From assembly GCA_000934665.2 (NCBI GenBank), contig JYFJ02001100.1, positions 1 through 64,000 on the forward strand: 64,000 bases of DNA, in the 5' to 3' direction. The translations under genes were made by a program, and so were the position numbers. Of the stretch, positions 62,542 through 64,000 are shown in pieces. Below the pieces are notes generated by a model. That model saw only the letters and a program-made list of their open reading frames with translations, made no database searches and was not told the origin of the DNA. Numbering within the stretch: the first letter of the stretch is position 1; each line of letters opens with the position of its first letter. The stretch comes from Catajapyx aquilonaris (lineage: Eukaryota).

Positions 62542-63752
62542 TAAGTGAATAAGTGCATCCTCATGCTTGTTGATAAAGTTTTTAAAAGTAAGACTATTCG
62601 CTTCGTGGCATAATGATTAGCTTCAAAGGCTGTATATTAACACCATGCTACTTATCCAAAAGGTGACTGGCCTTCTGTACAGTTTCCTTACATAAAACTT
62701 CTTCATAGAGGACTGAACGTAGTTGCAGCCATAATGCAATGTTCCAGTCCCATTATTACAATTGCAACAAAACATTTCTTTGGCAGTGAAAGTTCATAAC
62801 TCAGTCATATGATTGACAGTCAAGTGGGATAAACATTGGGCTTAATAATACTTGTATGTATGTAGTCTAGTCTCACTACTATTTCTGATCATCTCAATAT
62901 ATTAATCCAGTACTTATGCTCAGAGCATATCTCTTTCATGTGTGTCTCGGCGACACATAAATAAATTTTATGTTCAATAGATCAGTTGCACTTACAAATT
63001 CATAGTGACTGCCACTTTGTTTGACAAATTATAGATAAACGTGGAAAATTGCCTCCCACCAACATATTGGTTCTGAGTTCTGAACTGTGTCAGGGCTAGT
63101 CTTGAACCAGGAAAATGGCTGTGCTGCAAACTTTGAATTCTGCCACCCATTGTCATGAATTGGGCACAGCCATAAAAGGTTTAAAATAGACATTCTTTAC
63201 ACCAAAAGCAGCTGCAGAATACTTTTCTGTCTGCAGAGCAATTTTTTGTGGAAGAGGGAGATCCCAAGGTCAGCAAACAATCCCACTTCTGTCTGAGTGT
63301 TCATAGCTGCATTAATGATATTGTTATGCACTTGTATTACTACATATCCATACATTGTCTAGGAGCACAACAAATGTGTATGCGTGAAGGAGACAAACAT
63401 CAGAGATCCGGGTTCCTCATCTAGAAAACTATTACAGTGTCATATCAATATTTTGCCTGATTCACAGTGTTTATGTTTCTCAGTGGCTTTGAGGCTTGGC
63501 CCAGTGACCAAATCAGGTCAATGGGAAACATGACAGGTGGGAAATTTACCCTGCCAGTGCAAATGAACATCACTTGCAGGTTTTGGGGTTAATCCAACCA
63601 GACCAAATGGCAGGGCCACCTACCAGTGCACGTAGCACACATGAAAAATAAGAGCACCAGGAAACAGTTTAGTTAACAAGCAGACCTGTCATGAGAAATG
63701 TGCCAAGTACCTATTATTATTCATAAGCCTATATATAACACTCCTGTAGTAC

Positions 63753-64000
63753 CTTGCAAAGACAACATGTCACTGCCAACCCTATCCGCTGCATCCCCAA
63801 ATGCAGAGTGAAACTGACTGATGTCCTGGGCCATCTGATAGTTATCCAGCACGCCCGCACCAGCTTCCATCCCATCCACACTCCCGTCATGCTGACTTGG
63901 ATTTGGACTTGGGGACTGCTCAATCTCGTATGCGCTTATGTCCGGCTTGGTTATAACATACGGGATTCCTGCAGCCTCGTCCATCATGGACACTTCCTCC
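63753..64000 (-). CDS. Upstream coding exon of the minus-strand gene, running off the window edge
   Basis: Open frame EEVSMMDEAAGIPYVITKPDISAYEIEQSPSPNP...DMLSLQ; donor CAAG|GTACTA in phase 1, compatible with the downstream exons. Confidence 0.6.

Overview
Eukaryotic genomic DNA, most likely from an arthropod: GT-AG introns, GC-rich coding exons in AT-richer non-coding DNA, microsatellites and many small DNA-transposon relics. The core is a same-strand cluster of four gap-junction innexin genes over about 43 kb: inx2 (13351-14427, intronless CDS, 358 aa), an inx7-like gene (3 coding exons, 371 aa), ogre/inx1 (2 coding exons, 361 aa) and shakB (3 coding exons, 365 aa). All four splice into uninterrupted frames with the YYQW motif and the extracellular cysteines. 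The cluster is flanked on the left by the last exon of a carbohydrate sulfotransferase. On the right is the 3' part of a convergent minus-strand gene with a 27-nt microexon and a C-terminal coiled coil. Non-coding highlights are a ~1.07-kb foldback palindrome, several hairpin MITEs, a duplicated motif in the inx2 3' UTR, CTCF-like sites and a G-quadruplex motif upstream of inx2. I found no convincing wholly new system; the most notable feature is shakB linked to the inx2/inx7/ogre cluster. Orthology calls come from my recall of family sequences, not from a database search.
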